Shown here piece after piece: positions 9,980 to 20,538 of a DNA stretch of 64,000 nucleotides (position 1 is the stretch's first letter; every line of letters starts with the position of its first letter). The notes under the pieces are model-generated. The model was not told the DNA's origin. It did not search any database and saw only the letters and a list, made by a program, of their open reading frames with translations. Position numbers and translations under genes: made by a program. This DNA comes from a bacterium (lineage in GTDB: Bacteria > SZUA-182 > DTGQ01 > JBLIRR01), in NCBI GenBank assembly GCA_049472395.1, contig JBLIRR010000029.1:3286-67285 (forward strand), read 5' to 3'.

Positions 9980-11013
9980 ATATAGCCATTTTCTTTATAC
10001 CAGGTAACCGTCCTCTCAATACCCTCGTGCAAGGAATAATGATTCACAAAACCCAATAATTCTTTGGCCTTTGCAGTCGAATATTCACAATTATCATAGA
10101 ACATATTTATTCTCCCGCGGGTTAATAGAGGCGGATTTTTCGCACCCATAATGCTCCATAGCAATTCTAGCATAAATCCGATGGGATACACCATGGCTTT
10201 CGGCAGGTTCTTAGGTTTTTTAATATGTGCTGCCCTGCAGAGTAATGAGTAGAATGTATCCATATAGTCTATATTTTGGTTTCCGATAATAATCCTGTGA
10301 ATGCCTGAGAGTTTTTTTTCAAAGGTTACATAGTAGGCCCTGGCCAAATCTTTGGCATATATTACATGCAGTTTATTGCCTTTTGATCCCGGCACATGGG
10401 AGAGTGTGTGCGCACATTTCAGATACTCATAGAATCCGGTATGAAATTCTCGTTCTCCGTAAACCCAGACCGGCTCAAGTATGGTACAATTAAGACTAAA
10501 GTGCTTCGCACAGTGTATGGCTTCCTGGGTGGCAATTCTTTTCGTGTCGCGATAATAATTAAACATGCTGGGAAATATCTTATCTAAAAAATAAGGATAA
10601 TGGGACCTATAGGGCGAGCGTTCATCTTTCACCTCTTTTGAATCTTCTTCCCCATACACGGAGATGGAGCCAGTAATAATTAGATTTTTAATCTTATTTT
10701 TTACACAAGCCTTTAACACATTGAGTGTTCCATTCACATTTGTTTCATAAAATTGCTTATAGTGCCCCCAATCCCTCACAAAGCCCGCCGTATGAATTAT
10801 AAAATCACACTCTTCGAATGCCTCGATCAAGGAGCGTTCATCCCTTATATCACCATATCGAAATGCGACTCCACGCTCTTTTATGAAGGACACATCACTG
10901 GTTCTGCGCACAAGGCAGACCACTTTCTGATTTTTGTCACAGAAATGCTGCACAATATGACTGCCTATAAATCCCGTTGCTCCGGTGATTAGAATTTTAT
11001 TCTGTCTACTCAT
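9976..11013 (-). CDS. Extended SDR, NAD-dependent epimerase/dehydratase (3-beta-HSD-like)
   Basis: ITGATGFIG, HTAG, NVNGT, YxxxK (YRDTK). Confidence 0.9.
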   Translation of the reverse strand: MSRQNKILITGATGFIGSHIVQHFCDKNQKVVCLVRRTSDVSFIKERGVAFRYGDIRDERSLIEAFEECDFIIHTAGFVRDWGHYKQFYETNVNGTLNVLKACVKNKIKNLIITGSISVYGEEDSKEVKDERSPYRSHYPYFLDKIFPSMFNYYRDTKRIATQEAIHCAKHFSLNCTILEPVWVYGEREFHTGFYEYLKCAHTLSHVPGSKGNKLHVIYAKDLARAYYVTFEKKLSGIHRIIIGNQNIDYMDTFYSLLCRAAHIKKPKNLPKAMVYPIGFMLELLWSIMGAKNPPLLTRGRINMFYDNCEYSTAKAKELLGFVNHYSLHEGIERTVTWYKENGYI

Positions 11014-12271
11014 ATCGGGTTAATAACACGGCAGCATTATGTCCGCCAAAACCAAATGATGAGGAAAGGGCATAGTGGATGTCGCTATTAATGCTCGTAT
11101 CGACGAGGTTAAGGTCCTCCATCGGATTATCAATTATGTTACCATGAATTCTTGATTCTTTAATGGAGTAAGCGGTCACTGCTATCTCTATCGCACCGCT
11201 TGCCCCAATGCTGTGCCCGAGTATCCCCTTTGTACTATTAAGGTAAGGCTGCGTTGACCTGCTGCCAAAAATTTCCTTTATTATCAGCGCCTCGACGTCA
11301 TCATTCAGTATAGTGCCTGTACCGTGCGTATTTACATAATCAATCGTATAATCCTTTACTATACTCCGTAAGAGCTTTTTTAAGCTTTTCCCTGTTCTGT
11401 CCATGTGCACAATATGAGAGGCGTCGCTATTAGCCTTATAATCAATAATCTCTGCGTAAATTTGTGCCTTGCGGATTTGAGCATGCTCTAACTCTTCAAG
11501 CACCAACATACAAGAGGCGCCCTCTGAGAATAAAAATCCCGAACGATTTTTCGAAAATGGCATGGGACTGCCATCATGGGCGTGAGTAAGGACTGATAAC
11601 ACATCAAAGCCCCGCATAATGGAGCCGGAGTCATCTTCAAGACACTCTGCGCCTCCGGCTAACACTACCTTCTGACGGCCATTCACTATCGCCTCATAGG
11701 CCTCACCCACCGCCATCGTCCCCGATGCACACGACGCATTGATGGTATAATTCACGCCATGTAATCCGAATAGTATTGATATCCAGGCTGAGAGAGCGTT
11801 GGGCATTATTATCGGTATCACCATTCTGTTAAAACTCTTGAGGTTTTTATCATTATGTGCATCGCCCTTGTGAAGATGCGAGACATAAGAGTGAAAGGCT
11901 ACCTGCAACTCACTCAAACCAACCCCTATAATCACCGAACACTCATCATCAAGACCATCGGTGAAAAATTTACTATTTACCTCCTTGATTTCATACCCTG
12001 CATCTAAAAGAGCGAGCTTCGCTCCCACGAGCGCACTCAGGGTATTCTTCCCCATCATTTTTGTGAGGGAAGGTGACATGCCATACTCAGGAAAGTAGAG
12101 ATCGGGAAAGGGCACATAATGGGTGGATTTATAATTATACCTCTCCTTCAAGGTATCAGGTATTTTTTTACAGCACATGGTATGGGTATATAAGTTTTTA
12201 AAAAAGGCATCTTTTCCTATTCCGATTGCCGTGACCGGTCCAATGCCTGTGATAACCGCCCTTCTTTTCAT
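11006..12271 (-). CDS. Beta-ketoacyl-ACP synthase (FabF-type ketosynthase)
   Basis: VITGIG, active-site ASCASG, HGTGT, KGILGHSIGASG, SSFGFGGHN; Cys-His-His triad intact. Confidence 0.92.
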   Translation of the reverse strand: MKRRAVITGIGPVTAIGIGKDAFFKNLYTHTMCCKKIPDTLKERYNYKSTHYVPFPDLYFPEYGMSPSLTKMMGKNTLSALVGAKLALLDAGYEIKEVNSKFFTDGLDDECSVIIGVGLSELQVAFHSYVSHLHKGDAHNDKNLKSFNRMVIPIIMPNALSAWISILFGLHGVNYTINASCASGTMAVGEAYEAIVNGRQKVVLAGGAECLEDDSGSIMRGFDVLSVLTHAHDGSPMPFSKNRSGFLFSEGASCMLVLEELEHAQIRKAQIYAEIIDYKANSDASHIVHMDRTGKSLKKLLRSIVKDYTIDYVNTHGTGTILNDDVEALIIKEIFGSRSTQPYLNSTKGILGHSIGASGAIEIAVTAYSIKESRIHGNIIDNPMEDLNLVDTSINSDIHYALSSSFGFGGHNAAVLLTRYE

Positions 12272-12324
12272 ATTGTTTTATTCTTTGTTTTTTATTCTCA
12301 CACAAAACCTTAACGCCGCACAAC

Positions 12325-13341
12325 CTAATATTCTCCTATCAATTTTTCGGCCCACTTAATCAAATCCTTCAGATAAAGCTCTGCCGTCGGATAATCTCGC
12401 GCCCGTATAGTACACGCGCTCAAATCTATTTTATTTCCCTCATCATAGAGAATTTTTATGTAAGGATCATGAGTTTCGCCAATCTTAATAAAACTTACTC
12501 CCTGCTCCATGGCCTCTTCTCTCAGGTGTGTTTCGTTATGCGGGCTCACCGTAAAAAGAAGCTCATATTCGCCGGCTTCTGCGAGAAATAATAGGATTTT
12601 TGTCAAAGAGAGCATTTCTGAAATGCGCACACCTGCATCACTATACGGAAGGTGTGTGAGTATATAGCCTAGAGCGCTCATTTCAGACAGGGTAGCTAAG
12701 GCATTAAATACACCGTCACTGGTATCAATACAGGATGAGGCATATTTACGGATCAATTCCGCCTCTTTTATCCGCAGATGAAATCTATGTGGCGCCCTTG
12801 CCCTGCGGGTATCTTTGAGGGCCGATGCATATAATTTCAGAACTGCTTCAACATTACCCGTGCCGATCGGGCCTGTAATGTAAATTGCTTCCCCTTGCAG
12901 GGCCGTGCTTCTTAACAGCGGTGTGCGCTCGATGCTGCCAATCACGGATGCGGTATATCTCCATGTTTTTCCTATTCCCAGATCGCCCCCCATAAATTCA
13001 GTATTGCAGCGCCTTAACACCTCTGCGATGCCTTGTGAAAATTTTTTTACATACTCCTCATTCCAGTGCTCTGCCATTACTGTGCTATGGGCATACAACA
13101 TGGGCTTACCGCCGCTTGCGAAAATATCGCTTATGGCACCGACAGCACAATTCCATCCGAGCGCATAAGGGTCATGATCCTGAAAAAAATCCTCCTCAGA
13201 AAAATCATCAATCGTAAAGAGCATAGGTTCGTTCTTGAATTTTATAACCTCAGCATCTGATTCAAATAACCGATTACCTTTAGAGTGCGCGATCGGCATA
13301 CATGAGTTTATTACTTCAATCAGTTTTTTTTCTTTATCCAT
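12325..13341 (-). CDS. ThiL/PurM-superfamily ATP-dependent kinase (thiamine-monophosphate kinase-like); start probably 13341, ORF track gives 13371
   Basis: AISDIFASGG, GGD, IDTSDG, GEYELLF motifs. Confidence 0.75.
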   Translation of the reverse strand: MDKEKKLIEVINSCMPIAHSKGNRLFESDAEVIKFKNEPMLFTIDDFSEEDFFQDHDPYALGWNCAVGAISDIFASGGKPMLYAHSTVMAEHWNEEYVKKFSQGIAEVLRRCNTEFMGGDLGIGKTWRYTASVIGSIERTPLLRSTALQGEAIYITGPIGTGNVEAVLKLYASALKDTRRARAPHRFHLRIKEAELIRKYASSCIDTSDGVFNALATLSEMSALGYILTHLPYSDAGVRISEMLSLTKILLFLAEAGEYELLFTVSPHNETHLREEAMEQGVSFIKIGETHDPYIKILYDEGNKIDLSACTIRARDYPTAELYLKDLIKWAEKLIGEY

Positions 13342-13360
13342 AAATAAATCATCCTCCGGA

Positions 13361-14329
13361 TTATTCAACAATAATATCCAACATATCGCGGGCCATTTCT
13401 ATTTTACACGGCAAATACCCTGCTGCAGGATCTCCGTCAAATTCAATTCGAGGATTTGTTACATTGCCATAGATCTCAATCCCGCGATTATAGCGAAGAG
13501 AAATCACCTCATTATTCTTTATTTCATCACCCCTATAGAGCATCTTAAGAATAGACCACAGATTCACATAATTCACATTTCGCACTATCATAGTATAAAA
13601 ATATTCCCTATTATCTGCGAGCGTATGTTTAATCTTTAAACCTGATGCTATATAATATGACCTTCCCACTGAAATATTATATACCCTTTTTGCCACCTCA
13701 CGCTTCTCATCTGCATACAGGGTAAAATCCCCTGGGCAGTAAGAGAGAAGTGATCTTAATAATGAAAAGAGGGTGCCGGTATAATCACCGAAGATATTCC
13801 GCATGCCGGTATTTGCATAATGGGCAATCATAGGTCCCATGCCGAAATTCGCGCAGAGGGCAAAATACCTGCTTTCTGTATTGTTACAGTGTGCAATCGA
13901 TTCTTTATGAAGCCTTTTATCAAAATCCTGCGCATAGGTAATCTTGCCTATCGGGATGCGCTGTATTTTATTATGAATCAAGGCGTCTACCGCGCTTTTT
14001 CTGCGCAAAGGAATGTGGTAATTTTTGCAAAAATCAGGGCTTGTTCCTGTATATATGACCCCGAGTGCGGCATGGGAGATCCTGCGGCCTTCTTTATCAT
14101 AAAATCCATTTAACACTCGGTTTATTGTCCCATCCCCGCCTACTGCAACTATACTATCATAGCCCTGCCTATTGCCTTGGGCTGATAATGAATATGCCTC
14201 ATCAAGATCTTTGGTCACGGCATATTCATACTCTATGCTGCACCATTTCAAAAGATGTTGTAGTCTAGCAAATGATTTTTCTGATGCGCCACTGCGCGAA
14301 CCCGGGTTAAGGATAAAAAAATATTTCAT
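13361..14329 (-). CDS. Diacylglycerol/sphingosine kinase family protein
   Basis: ILNPGSRSG, VAVGGDGTINRVLNG, GTSPDF (GTGNDF-like), EFDGD. Confidence 0.88.
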   Translation of the reverse strand: MKYFFILNPGSRSGASEKSFARLQHLLKWCSIEYEYAVTKDLDEAYSLSAQGNRQGYDSIVAVGGDGTINRVLNGFYDKEGRRISHAALGVIYTGTSPDFCKNYHIPLRRKSAVDALIHNKIQRIPIGKITYAQDFDKRLHKESIAHCNNTESRYFALCANFGMGPMIAHYANTGMRNIFGDYTGTLFSLLRSLLSYCPGDFTLYADEKREVAKRVYNISVGRSYYIASGLKIKHTLADNREYFYTMIVRNVNYVNLWSILKMLYRGDEIKNNEVISLRYNRGIEIYGNVTNPRIEFDGDPAAGYLPCKIEMARDMLDIIVE

Positions 14330-14332
14330 ATG

Positions 14333-15511
14333 CTACGAAGGTGTTAAATTTTTAAAAATAGTAAGGGCCCTGTCCAGTGATTCTTCTTTCAGATGAGCGC
14401 CTGCGATCAATCTTATACTGCCTCTATTGGGAGGAACAGAGGGAGGAATAAAGGCTGTACCTACTATCTGCATCTCATATAATCGTTTGGCCAATGAAAT
14501 AGTAGCATCGACAGAGCCGGTTATAATAGAGGTAATCGGAGCTTCGGACGTGGCTAATACATATCCGCACTCAGACAGGCATTCTGTAATCATCTTTTTA
14601 TATCTCCACATCCTTTGAGATAATGGGGTAAATTCATCCCTTACAATATCCACAACCTTATCTATCCCTGCGAGCACTCCGGGTGATAAGGCGGTTGAAT
14701 AAATCAAATGAGGCAAATAATAACGAAGATAATTAATAACCTTTCTCTTGCCGCAGATAACCCCGCCCATATTTGCAAAGGCCTTTCCCAATGAAGCAGT
14801 ATAGATTCCATTAAACTCTTTTATGCTCTGCTCTTCGAGAATACCCCGCCCCCCTCTGCCAATCACGCCGATTCCATGTGAGTCATCTATAACCAATATT
14901 GCATTATATTTATCACACACTCTCACCATATCACTCACCGGTGCAATAGAGCCTTCGGTTGAGAAAACTGACTCAGTGACAATGAAAATCTGTCTGTACC
15001 CGGCAGACTTATTCAGAATCTTTTCCAAAGAATGGATATTATTATGAAGGAATGGCCTAATCTTACAGCCCACATTTATAATGCCCTGCACCAGGGATGA
15101 ATGGGCATAGTGATCAACGATGATCAGATCATCTTTATTGGCGATTATGCTGAACACACCATTATTCGTCTGATAACACGAAGGCAATAAGAGTGCGTCC
15201 TCTAAACCGATAAAATCAACAAGCTTGTGCTCTACACGCTTATATAAACTCACATACCCGGTTGCAATGGGCGTTCCGCACATGGAAGCGCCATACCTCT
15301 CAACGGTCTGTATGATCGCCTGTTTTACCCTTTTATCGCACGCCAATCCAAGATAATTATTCGACGCAAGATCAATACAATGTCTGCCATCCACAATGAG
15401 GGGATCTTCTATACCTGATTCAATCAGACGATAGTAAGGATTAAAGTGGTGCCTGGCCACTATGGATTCATCAAGTTCAAATCGCTTATAAAATTCCGTC
15501 AACGTATCCAT
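14333..15511 (-). CDS. Alpha-oxoamine synthase (serine palmitoyltransferase / AONS family, PLP)
   Basis: LASNNYLGL, HSSL, FLHN, ESVFSTEG, DDSHGIG, SLGK (PLP lysine), PPSVP. Confidence 0.9.
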   Translation of the reverse strand: MDTLTEFYKRFELDESIVARHHFNPYYRLIESGIEDPLIVDGRHCIDLASNNYLGLACDKRVKQAIIQTVERYGASMCGTPIATGYVSLYKRVEHKLVDFIGLEDALLLPSCYQTNNGVFSIIANKDDLIIVDHYAHSSLVQGIINVGCKIRPFLHNNIHSLEKILNKSAGYRQIFIVTESVFSTEGSIAPVSDMVRVCDKYNAILVIDDSHGIGVIGRGGRGILEEQSIKEFNGIYTASLGKAFANMGGVICGKRKVINYLRYYLPHLIYSTALSPGVLAGIDKVVDIVRDEFTPLSQRMWRYKKMITECLSECGYVLATSEAPITSIITGSVDATISLAKRLYEMQIVGTAFIPPSVPPNRGSIRLIAGAHLKEESLDRALTIFKNLTPS

Positions 15512-15515
15512 ACCT

Positions 15516-15752
15516 TTAGACCTTGAGATATTTTTCCTTTAATGTAACAATTATGTCAGATACTGTGCGCATTTCCATCAAATCATTATCATCAATAGCA
15601 ATAGAGAATTCATCTTCGCATTCATTCACAATCATTATCATGGAGAATGAATCGACATTCAAATCCTCTATTAATCTGCTCTCACGCGTTATTGCAATCG
15701 GAGTCTCAAGATTAGACTTGATAATGGAGATAATTTTTTCTTCTACATTCAT
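15516..15752 (-). CDS. Acyl carrier protein
   Basis: 78-aa acidic protein with DLNVDSFS phosphopantetheine serine and EDEFSIAI. Confidence 0.9.
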   Translation of the reverse strand: MNVEEKIISIIKSNLETPIAITRESRLIEDLNVDSFSMIMIVNECEDEFSIAIDDNDLMEMRTVSDIIVTLKEKYLKV

Positions 15753-15767
15753 TGTTCCCTCCCCTGT

Positions 15768-16973
15768 CTATGAGGTGTTCCTCCAGCAGTGAGTAGGATT
15801 AGGTGAATCGCACATAATAGTGCACATGTTACAATTCACACATTGAGAAGTATATCCGGGGTCATTTCTTAATTTTATTACAAGATCGCGCTCACAGACA
15901 AATGGTCTGCACATGCTCACAAAATCGAGAGCTTCTCTTTTGAGCACATCATCCATCTCTCCTCTCTTTCTAAAACCCCCCACACACATTATGGGTATAC
16001 GAGAATGCTCTTTGGCACACCGTGCAGACTCAAGATTATACATCGGAAAAAAGGGTCTGATCTTTATCTTTAAAAAGGGATATACACACAGCTTCCATAA
16101 AATTTTACCCAAGGGATTATTAATCTTGTAAATCGGGTTATGCGCGAGAATAAGATCTAATGGTATATCACCCCGAATGATATTTAAGGCATGATCCATA
16201 GTGCCGTAGCTTATTTCTATAGCAGCTAATTTTTTGGCATTAAGGAACCTAATGAGAGCGATAAATTGGTCTTTTGAAAATTTTTTAGTATAATCATCAC
16301 TTGCACTCACTTTAATGAGCAAGGGAAAATCATCCCCACACCTCTCCCTAATCTTATCAATAATCATCTCTAAAAATGTTGTGCCTATCTTCTTGGTTTC
16401 ATCCACTTTAAAAAGATCTGTTCTTGTATTTATTGAGGGGAGTAAAAACTGATGAATAAGATAACCGTGCCCTGCATGAAGCTGTACACCATCAAAACCC
16501 GCTTCTTTAGCATATACGGCCGAGTCGGCAAAGGAATCTATTACACCTAATGCCTGGTCTGTCGTGAGTTTTTGGGGTTTATGCCTGAAATAAAAAGAAG
16601 GCATCCCTGATACACCCCATACAGTCCCGTGAGTAGCCTCTCTTCTTGTTTGCCGCCCGGCGTGGGCAAGTTGGACAAATATTCTGCTCCCATATTCATG
16701 TACCTGATCAACAATGGATTTGTAAAAAGGGATCTTCTCCGAATTGTCAAGCCCTGCTTGATTCGGCTGCATAGCCCTCCCGCCGGGACAGATATACACA
16801 AATCCCGTAATAATTGTTCCCACTTCAAAGCGCGCAAGATCACGATAGAGCTTTTTATAGGCATCAGTAGGAAATCCATGTGTATCTGCCATGCCTTCAT
16901 AGGTGGCAGATCTCACAATTCTATTTTTTACTCCCCATGGTCCTAATCGGGCTTGTTCAAATAATTCCACCAT
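15768..16973 (-). CDS. NADH:flavin oxidoreductase (old yellow enzyme family)
   Basis: KNRIVRSAT, QLAHAG, AGFDGVQLHAGHGYLIHQFL, C-terminal CVNCNMC. Confidence 0.92.
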   Translation of the reverse strand: MVELFEQARLGPWGVKNRIVRSATYEGMADTHGFPTDAYKKLYRDLARFEVGTIITGFVYICPGGRAMQPNQAGLDNSEKIPFYKSIVDQVHEYGSRIFVQLAHAGRQTRREATHGTVWGVSGMPSFYFRHKPQKLTTDQALGVIDSFADSAVYAKEAGFDGVQLHAGHGYLIHQFLLPSINTRTDLFKVDETKKIGTTFLEMIIDKIRERCGDDFPLLIKVSASDDYTKKFSKDQFIALIRFLNAKKLAAIEISYGTMDHALNIIRGDIPLDLILAHNPIYKINNPLGKILWKLCVYPFLKIKIRPFFPMYNLESARCAKEHSRIPIMCVGGFRKRGEMDDVLKREALDFVSMCRPFVCERDLVIKLRNDPGYTSQCVNCNMCTIMCDSPNPTHCWRNTS

Positions 16974-17962
16974 TATCCCTGTGCATTTGAATGCAGATCA
17001 AAGATAAACCCTACAAAAATATAAGATACAATAAAGAGAATAAGCGCCAACTCTGTATTAAACAACGCTATCAGAGCCGCCTCACCGCAAATACAGGCCC
17101 TAAAGTTGGTTGCTAATGAATAATAGGTTTTTTTACCCACAGGATTAAAATAATATAAAACCCCTGTCCATATCTGGAGGAATACGGTTAATAATCCAAG
17201 AATCAAAAAGACCATATTAATCGACGCCTCGATAAATCCATTGGCATAGATGGCGACAAACGCGATTGAAGGAAGAAAAGCGCAGAGTATTGCGAGAACT
17301 CTTGATTTTTCAATGCCATACTGGACCACAATGGTATTCTTGAAGGCAGCTTTATCACCATGATAATCCTTAAAATAGGTGTAAAAAGTCATTAATCCAT
17401 TTAAGATCCAGACTATGATGAGCACTGATACGCGGCTTGAGGTAAAATAGGGAGACTGGGTTGGCCCTGAGGCAAGAAATCCATAGACCGAACAGAGGGT
17501 AATCATTAATCCGAAGGTTATATTTCCAAGAATGCCATACCCTTTAGCATATTCATATACAACATTAAGAATCACGCCCAAGATTAAAGGGATAATGGCA
17601 ATTGGTTCAAGATAAAACCAGGTCACAATGGCAGAGATGATGAGCAGGAGAAATGAAAGGAGAAGACCGTAAATGGGATTAAGCTCACCTGTGACCATAG
17701 GACGCTGAGGCGCATTTATCCTATCCTCTTTAAGTCCGAGAAAATCATTTATAATCTGATTGATCCCCCAGCTTAAAAAGAGCAGCAGAAGGATCACACC
17801 CTCTTTTTCAACCGTAGGGGTTACCTCAACCGTCTGATACTGAGATTGTGAAATATATACATAAAAAGCAAGGCCAAGCCACCCTGCAATACCGGTCACA
17901 AATGAATAATATAACCGCATTGACTTTATATACGATTTGAAAAACCTCACTATCTGTGCCAT
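16973..17962 (-). CDS. UbiA-family prenyltransferase (integral membrane)
   Basis: INDFLGLKEDRINAPQRP (NDxxDxxxDxxN variant), KDYHGD second motif, ~8 TM segments. Confidence 0.85.
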   Translation of the reverse strand: MAQIVRFFKSYIKSMRLYYSFVTGIAGWLGLAFYVYISQSQYQTVEVTPTVEKEGVILLLLFLSWGINQIINDFLGLKEDRINAPQRPMVTGELNPIYGLLLSFLLLIISAIVTWFYLEPIAIIPLILGVILNVVYEYAKGYGILGNITFGLMITLCSVYGFLASGPTQSPYFTSSRVSVLIIVWILNGLMTFYTYFKDYHGDKAAFKNTIVVQYGIEKSRVLAILCAFLPSIAFVAIYANGFIEASINMVFLILGLLTVFLQIWTGVLYYFNPVGKKTYYSLATNFRACICGEAALIALFNTELALILFIVSYIFVGFIFDLHSNAQG

Positions 17963-18579
17963 GCCATTTCCCCCCCCTTTACTCCATTGGACACGCGATG
18001 AAAAAGAACATATATAATTATATTATACATACAGATCATAGCACATTCTCAGATTTATTTCAGGAATGATCGTGAATGCTAAAATATATTCTAAAAAGAA
18101 GGAATAAACCGATGCACATGAGAGTCTGGTGTGGCTCGGGCTGCGGATTCAGCTAATTTCCTTAAGGCTCTTCCTCAATGTATGTTGGGGAAACCTCACC
18201 TGATAGAATAGATACTCCTACCTGATCACAGATAGTATCTGTGCTATTGCTGCCAGGAGAAGACACTCAATCAGAAGCTACAAGCATCTTGCAAGCAATA
18301 GAAGGTAATTTTAATAGAATCTTTAAAAAAAATTTAAATGAGAATATAAATATGAAATAATTCTTTTTGAATTAATCTCTAAGAAAAATGCCTCATTCCC
18401 CAGGTCTTAGATCAGTATAATTTTTTTATATAAGGAACTCTATCAATCTATATGGTTATATATATATATGATGAGATGAAGAAGCCTTGAGCTAAAAGTT
18501 AAAAGGAGGAAATGCTTATAAGGATTTAAAACATGTATTTAGATTGTATCTTGACGTTTATAAAAAAAGAAGTAGCGAT

Positions 18580-19810
18580 ATGAAATATAAATATTCTTTC
18601 ATCATCTTAAGTTTTCTACTTTTTGCTTTCCTTTCCTTATCTGCCTATGCGAGAACCACGAAGACACCTCTGTTTATGCCTGGAACCCAACCCATGGAAG
18701 TTATAAATATCACAGGTTCGACTGAATGCAGGGGATGTCACGGGGGATATGATAGGAGTGTAGAGGTTACATTTAACTGGGAAGGTATGATGATGGCGCA
18801 GGCATCAAAAGATCCCCTAATGTATGCTGCCCTTGATATAGCCAATCAGGATATTCCCGATGCTGATGATTTATGCCTCCGATGTCATGCCCCAAACGGG
18901 TGGTTGCTTGGTAATGCTAATCCAACTGATGGCTCCAAGTTTACACCTAAAGAGTTGGATGGAATACAGTGTGATTTTTGTCATAGGATGGTTAATCCAC
19001 TTAGCGAGGAAGGAAAGGCCTTAGTAGAGCCTGATAATGAATACCAAGCTGAAGGCCTATATCCAGCTTAGGAAAGCCGCTACAATCGACTTAGACCTTT
19101 ATGATGAGCCCACAGGTAAAAAGCTGAAGGTCACAATGACAAACCATAGCGGGCACAAACTACCAACGGGTTTTCCTGAGGGGAGGCGAATGTGGATCAA
19201 TGTAAAGGCCTTTGACGCGAATGGAGAGCAGATATTCGAGTCTGGCAAGTATGATTTTGACAATGGAGAACTAATCAAAGACAAACAGATCAAGATATAT
19301 GAGATTAAACCGTGAGTTTCCCCTAAACAGGCCGAGCGTTACTGTCTGACACCGGGACCTACCTTTCACTTCATATTGAATGATATGGTATACAAAGATA
19401 ACCGAATTCCTCCGCGTGGGATCATTAATAAAGCCTTCCAAGCCGTGGGCGCTGAGGTTGTGGGTTATCAGTATGAGGATGGTCAGTTTTGGGATGACAC
19501 GTATTACTCTATTCCTGAGACAACAACAAAGGTTATGGCCACCCTCTATTATCAGACATCATCAAAGGAGTATATTGAATTCTTAAGAGATGAAAATAAA
19601 ACGAATGATGTGGGAGAAGGCCTCTACAAGGGGAGTTTTGAGATTGTTGCAGATGAGAATGGCCTCACGATTGAGAATTTGGATGGTTACCAAGCGGATG
19701 GAACACCATCAAATGCCTTTGAACCAATGAAAGGCAAATGGTCGGTTCCAGGTGATTACATAATATCCCCGGTATCCGGACCCGCAACGGGCCATCCAAT
19801 GAGTCAATAG
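18580..19810 (+). pseudogene. Disrupted multiheme cytochrome c
   Basis: Signal peptide, CRGCH, CLRCH and CDFCH in the first fragment; frame change near 19040-19070; GHKLPTGFPEGRRMW and TFHFILND..KDNRIPPRG share one frame split by TGA at 19313-19315. Confidence 0.8.
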
Positions 19811-20108
19811 GATAGAAATGATTATTGATGAATACATGGAATATTGTCTCACCTCGACTGATATATATTCATCAAGTATTGATTCTGCATCACGTTTTTC
19901 ACCAAATCTGTATTGGTATGCATAAATGAACTTATCTTTCCTGTGAAAGGGAGATGTTACATCCACTTATGGCTTACAGAAATTCTAATTATGGTTTATA
20001 ATTTTTGTTGAATGTAAGCTGCTATAGATAAATATATGCAAAAAAAAATGTATCACCTATGAGTGAAGGAGATCAAATAAACTCTGGGATAAAAAAACCG
20101 GATTTTAT

Positions 20109-20455
20109 TTAGGCAGAATGCCATATGGTTTTGAGGGTATTATTATTTTCATTCTCCACTTTCCATCGTGCTCGGCCGGCTTCTACAATGTGTGCTAAAT
20201 TTTTTGGGGTGTTTTCATGCATGGTAATAAAAGCATTTCTATAGACAATGGTACTCTCCTGTTTCGTTGTGGTCAGCTCACACCAGTTCATCAACTGAGC
20301 ATCATCTCCTTCTCGCAGAGGCGCTTGGTTAATAAAACGGTATTTATCAATCCTGGAACCCTTGCCGATCCATGGTGTGTGTATTACTTTTTGCACTTCA
20401 TTCCCTGCAATCCATTCATACAAGGTGCCACTTCATCCAGTACTGTTCTTATATG
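20109..20455 (-). mobile_element. Transposase remnant (ISNCY-like DDE)
   Basis: YRFINQAPLR...NWCELT...GRARWKVENENNNTLKT; truncated at both ends. Confidence 0.75.
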
Positions 20456-20538
20456 ATTATCAGAAGGAATTTCACTGATCCCAAATAGGGATCGTGATTA
20501 TTCTTCCCTTTTGTCTCTTGCATATATCGCTGAAATGA

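Noticed and set aside
12325-15511. Housekeeping bioF and thiL
   Set aside because: No other biotin or thiamine genes are nearby, and both are embedded in an ACP/KS/UbiA operon, so gene symbols were withheld.
19313-19315. In-frame TGA as selenocysteine
   Set aside because: The position fits a Gly (GGA to TGA), and the gene is also frameshifted upstream.
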